Part shown: positions 59,508 to 64,000 of the stretch, piece by piece
How positions within the stretch are numbered: the first letter of the stretch is position 1
How the letters are laid out: each line of letters opens with the position of its first letter
Source: Nitrosopumilus sp.
Lineage (GTDB): Archaea > Thermoproteota > Nitrososphaeria > Nitrososphaerales > Nitrosopumilaceae
Length of the DNA: 64,000 nucleotides
Direction of reading: 5' to 3'
Assembly: GCA_965249555.1 (NCBI GenBank)
Contig: OZ252243.1
Span: 1,280,001 to 1,344,000 of the forward strand
Made by a program: the position numbers and the translations under genes
The notes under the pieces: model-generated
Seen by the model: only the letters and a program-made list of their open reading frames with translations
The model's database searches: none
What the model was told of the DNA's origin: nothing

Positions 59508-60003
59508 CTCTTTTATTTTTATCAACTGACATTCAAAACAACCTATAGCTGATTCTGATGATCCAATAGATGATATTTTATCCTCTGATGGTATAGGACC
59601 AGTTGGTGTTACTGATGAGTTAAATCAAGCTCATTCAGATATTATAATATCAACTATACAATCAGATACATATGTAGATGAAGCAAAATAATTTTGTAAT
59701 GTTTATTAAAAAATGAATACTAATAATGTTAGGTTTCAGTTAAGATAAGCACTACTGTGCTAATCTCTCTTTTAATTTCTCTAAAGCAAGAAATAGTGAA
59801 AGATCTGATTACGTTTGAGTTAATATTGGCTCTGAATAATAATTAGATATTACACCTTTTTTTATTTTTTTGAAGGGTACTGTTGGGTTATGGAGACCTC
59901 ATTATATATTTCACGGTTCAATGATGGATAAAGAACAAAAAATGTCACAACTGAAATTACAAATGCTAAAGGTATATCCAACATTGATTTAGGATTTGAA
60001 TAA

Positions 60004-60426
60004 ATGGAATCTTTGCATAAAGTAACTCTAAAGTGTACTCTAAGATGTTTGCTTGGTTGTAACATTGGTGAAGTAATAGGCATGATAATTGGTTCGTTAC
60101 TAAGTTTAGATTTTATTTCAACTATAATTCTAGCAGTGGGACTGGCATTTATCACAGGTTATATTTTTACAATTGTGCCTCTGCTAAAAAAAATGTCTAT
60201 ATGACAAGCAGTAAAGGTTTCAATATTGGGAGATACTGCAAGCATTACAGCAATGGAAACTGCTGAAAATTCCATAGTATTTGTAATTCCTGGATTTATG
60301 GTGGCATCTTTGTTTGATTCTATCTTCTGGATTGGACTAGCAATAATGTTGCCATTTGGATTCCTAGCATCATATCCAGTTATGTATTGGGTAATGAAAT
60401 GAGATATGGGATGTAAACGAAAGTAA
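60004..60426 (+). pseudogene. DUF4396-like membrane protein with in-frame TGA stops
   Basis: TLRCLLGCNIGE..G, then in frame after TGA 60202: DTASITAME..N..PG..FW..GF..SYP; second TGA at 60400. Confidence 0.78.
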
Positions 60427-60618
60427 TTATTAATTATAATTAAATAACCATATTTTCATACCTATTCATGGATATAGAAAAAAATTTAGATTCAATTCTA
60501 GACAAATTACCTAAATAATAATAACTAGTTTCTATAAACCTAAAAATATCTCACATGATATTTACATAAAAATAGCAAAAGAATTATAAATTTGGCAATA
60601 TTGGATAATAATTAAATT

Positions 60619-60804
60619 ATGTCAAAAAACAGGAAAACAGAAACTAAAAATCAACATGAAGAAAAATTAGATGAAATATTATTAATGTTTATAGATGATG
60701 AAATGGATTATGATATTTCTCACAATGAAATTATTCAGATTATAATAAATCACACACAAAATGCAATTAATAAAGTACAAGAAATTAGAAAGGAAATGGA
60801 TTAG
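60619..60804 (+). CDS. hypothetical protein
   Basis: 61 aa, TATAAA about 25 nt upstream. Confidence 0.5.
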   Translation: MSKNRKTETKNQHEEKLDEILLMFIDDEMDYDISHNEIIQIIINHTQNAINKVQEIRKEMD

Positions 60805-60857
60805 CTTCCCAATTATTGATGTGTGAATTAGGAATCTGATTAAGGAAAAATTACATG

Positions 60858-62839
60858 TCACGGTTTAAGTTTGAAAATAATTGTTGACTCTATCCCAATA
60901 AGACCAATTATGGGTATTATAACATATTGAATTTCGAAATTAGGAATCGAATTTAATCCTAGATAAAACACAATATCCACAACAATAGAACCAATTATTG
61001 CAAGAATCACATATTTGAAACTAGATTTTATCTTAATGGATTCTCCTTCAGTTTTTGTTTTATCATCAGAAAGTTTTTGTATCATCTGATTTAATTCATC
61101 AATAGTAGTTTGCATTTTACCCATTTCTTTTTTATGTTCACTAGACGTATCATCTATTTTTTTATCAAAGTCTTCTTGAATTAATTCAAGCCCTTTTTTC
61201 ATCATTGGTTCGAATTTTGCTAAGGATATTTCTTCACCTTTATCAAGGGATTCTCGCATTTCTAATAGGTGTTCTTTTATGAAATCATTTCCAATAATTA
61301 TTTCTAAATGCTTTTGATCAATACCCTCTGTATTCCAAAAAATGGATAGTAGATTAGATAAATCTTCTAATGGTATTTTATGTGATTTAAAATTACTACT
61401 TAATAATTTTGTAAATGCAATGCTTCTGTTATTGATAGTAGTTTCTGGAGCTACAAATGGTGAGATCATCTGAAGCCAAATTTCGGGAGTAACACTTGCA
61501 TAAATAAAATCTTGACCATATCTGCCACGTTCAGCTCTTGGAAGACCATAATCAGTAGTCAATAACCATGTTTTATGTCCAGTAACATCAGGTTTATTAT
61601 CACGTAATTTATGAACTCGTAAAATATTGTAAGCATCATGATTGACTAGTTCAGAATTTTTATATATACCGAAATTTAAAATCTGTGTTTTTAGTCGTAA
61701 TGCATCTTCATCTTCTAAATCAATATCTTTGTCAAGTTCTTCTAAAATTATGTTATACTTACTATCCATCAGACTTTTAAATTCCTGATAACGTTTGTAA
61801 AATGTCTCCATAGTTAATTTAGGATTTTTTAATAGTTCATGAGAATATGTGCTTAAAAACTGACTCGTCTTTTGTGCATTTTTATAAGTAGATGTAAATT
61901 TAGGATTGACCCGAAAATTGTTATATTTTCTTTTTGAGTTCTCTATAGAACTTTCAAATTCTATAGCAGTTTTTTCAGTTATTAGAATTTGAGCTCCTAA
62001 ATTCTGTGTTTCTGCAATGATAGTTTCAATTGTATTGTGTGATGTACTATCTTCAAAAATCAAATCCATGAATGTGTTAGTATCTAAATAGATGTATTTT
62101 TTTGCCCATGCATCTTTTTGAAAACTTTGTAAATCAGGATCAAGATTTAAAATTTTAAAATAAACATAACTCTGGGCTCTTGAAAATAAATATATTGAAA
62201 CCTTTTCATCAGGGTTTCCAAAGTATTCATTAAAAAATTTATCAAGATCATCTCTAAGATCTTCAGATATTATACTCAGAAGTGTATTTTGATAAATTTC
62301 TTGAAAACCCTTTTGTTTTTTTAATTCAGTAAGTTTATGCATTCCTTCTGTTAAAATTCGAGCTGACGTAGTACCATATCTTGCAAAAGTAGTTCCTAAA
62401 AGAATAGATAATTTTTCTAAAATCAATTCACATTGCTGTGTTGAAATCGAAGGAATTTTTTCATGTAGCGACTTTAAAATATCATCTTTTATCTGGTTTT
62501 CAAGATCACGTGTTTCTTTTAGACTTTTTTTAATTTCATTACGCTTAACTTGTGAAATATCAAGTTTCTGATTTATTATAGAAAGTACACCAGCCTCAGT
62601 CAGATTATCAATTGCATTTTTTAAATGTAAATCTGGAATTTTAGTAATGTTATAATCTGTTTCTAAATGATTTTTCAAGTCATCATAACTGTGTTTTCAT
62701 TATCACCATGTTCAAAAATTGTCGTGGACACCATATGTTCATAAAGTTCTGTTCGAATATCCGTAGTTTTTCTACTTAGAACAAACTGTTGTAATTCCAG
62801 TAATCGTTGTTTGTTAATTACTTCATTGTTCAAATCCAA
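60858..62839 (-). pseudogene. PIN-domain protein with coiled coil and two C-terminal TM helices, probably frameshifted near the 5' end
   Basis: IYLDTN, E, HDA and LLTTD PIN-like motifs in 60858-62678; a short upstream ORF (TTG 62839) ends overlapping 62678 in another frame. Confidence 0.62.
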
Positions 62840-62930
62840 TGCTATTGTTCTAGAACAACATTATAAAAGAATATGAAGATATAAGATTAAAGAAAAAAAG
62901 TGAGGTCAAGATTGCAATTCATGTAATACC

Positions 62931-63782
62931 CTAGATGGCAATCTCACATATTTCAATCCATCCAGATTTCTTTGTTTTAAAAATTGTATTTTTCCCAGTC
63001 CTTTGTTTTTCCATGTCTTGAAGTGAAAAAGTGTTTAAAATAGTGCCATTTATTTTATCCATATAAAATTGGATTGTATCAGTATCGTATCTCATTACAG
63101 GTACATCACATTGCTCTTTTATGATATCAAAAATTCTATCTGCTATGTATACTCGATTTTTAGCGATGTGTTTTTGTTTTACTAGATATTCAAGTATTAT
63201 GAAATTATGTCTAGTTTGTGTCTTAAATAAACTAACCAAATCAAATAGATTTTTTTCATCAAGATAATATGATATTCCCTCAAAAATTAAAATTGTTGGC
63301 TCTAATTTTTTCCAACCTTGTTTTAAAAGTGAGTTAAATACACTAGCTGGGTTTTGTAGATTAATATCTAAACAATGTATGTGGTTGGATAATTTGCTAT
63401 CTGTTTTTCTTATGAGCTTGTTTTTTAGTAGCATGTTTGATTTGTCTATTTCATAAATTTGCAGATTTTTTATCTTTGATGATAATTCAATGGATAATAC
63501 ATCCATTCCAGAGCCAAAAATAACAATTTGCGAAACTTTGCTTTTTCTAATAATTTCAAGTGTCATATTAATAATACATTTTTTTCTATTCTTTATGACC
63601 GTATCATAAGTTGGCCATATTTTTTTGCAACTAGTAAATAGTTTATTGCCTGGTGTTAAGTCCAATAACTTTAGATATTTTTGAGAGTTCTTTGTTGTAT
63701 GAATTGTATTTTTTGCAAATAATAATACTAGAGCTGATGTCTCAGATAGATTATTCAAAGTTGATTTTAATATCATCACCAA
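62931..63782 (-). CDS. class I SAM-dependent methyltransferase (LCM/DUF142-like)
   Basis: SETSAL, QIVIFGSGMD, YEID, IFEGISYYL. Confidence 0.85.
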   Translation of the reverse strand: MVMILKSTLNNLSETSALVLLFAKNTIHTTKNSQKYLKLLDLTPGNKLFTSCKKIWPTYDTVIKNRKKCIINMTLEIIRKSKVSQIVIFGSGMDVLSIELSSKIKNLQIYEIDKSNMLLKNKLIRKTDSKLSNHIHCLDINLQNPASVFNSLLKQGWKKLEPTILIFEGISYYLDEKNLFDLVSLFKTQTRHNFIILEYLVKQKHIAKNRVYIADRIFDIIKEQCDVPVMRYDTDTIQFYMDKINGTILNTFSLQDMEKQRTGKNTIFKTKKSGWIEICEIAI

Positions 63783-64000
63783 AAATAATTACCCATATCA
63801 TAAATTTCTATGCTAAAAAATATGTTCATTTTTTACTAAATACATATATAGAATAATTTTATCATATATTCATATTGATATCACGAAAATCAACAATTTT
63901 AATTGTTTTGGGTATAATATCTGCAACCGTACTAGTACAAATTATTACATCTGATTCTTCACAAATAGAATCCCAGCTAGTTGATGAAATTAAAATTGGC

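Noticed and set aside
60202-60402. Two in-frame TGA codons as selenocysteine or recoding
   Set aside because: Positions fit Arg/Lys contexts (single-base CGA/AGA to TGA changes), no SECIS-like hairpin seen, and TGA is a normal stop elsewhere in the window
63862-64000. Partial - strand ORF at the window edge
   Set aside because: Too short to identify

Overview
AT-rich archaeal chromosome segment from an ammonia-oxidising archaeon (Nitrosopumilaceae, Nitrososphaerota/Thaumarchaeota). The evidence is a complete ammonia monooxygenase cluster (amoZ-amoY-orf-amoB / amoC-amoX-amoA) beside rps15, a DHH protein, pcc1, serS and rps3ae. Most of 1-50 kb is core genome: aminoacyl-tRNA synthetases, aconitase, pdxST, purB, rtcB, thiL and six tRNAs. 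Two tRNAs, Leu(TAA) and Trp(CCA), each carry two BHB introns. Mobile DNA comprises two apparently identical 1442-bp single-ORF IS66 elements, each with an 8-bp TSD and each knocking out a gene, and a 2430-bp IS6-like element with IRs, an 8-bp TSD, a decayed transposase and two passenger genes. The region from about 51 kb to 64 kb is accessory, with surface, membrane and defence-like genes and several pseudogenes. The strongest signals not explained by the ORF track are non-coding. The first is a double-hairpin, K-turn/ACA-box RNA at 25751-25919; its first pocket is complementary to the conserved 23S peptidyl-transferase segment CUGGGU..CCGUC (putative H/ACA pseudouridylation guide). The second is a promoter-preceded ~61-nt hairpin at 49090-49150 with an anti-Shine-Dalgarno-like loop. 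Several small ORFs below the track cut-off were also found. All family assignments come from motif recognition by eye; no database search was run.
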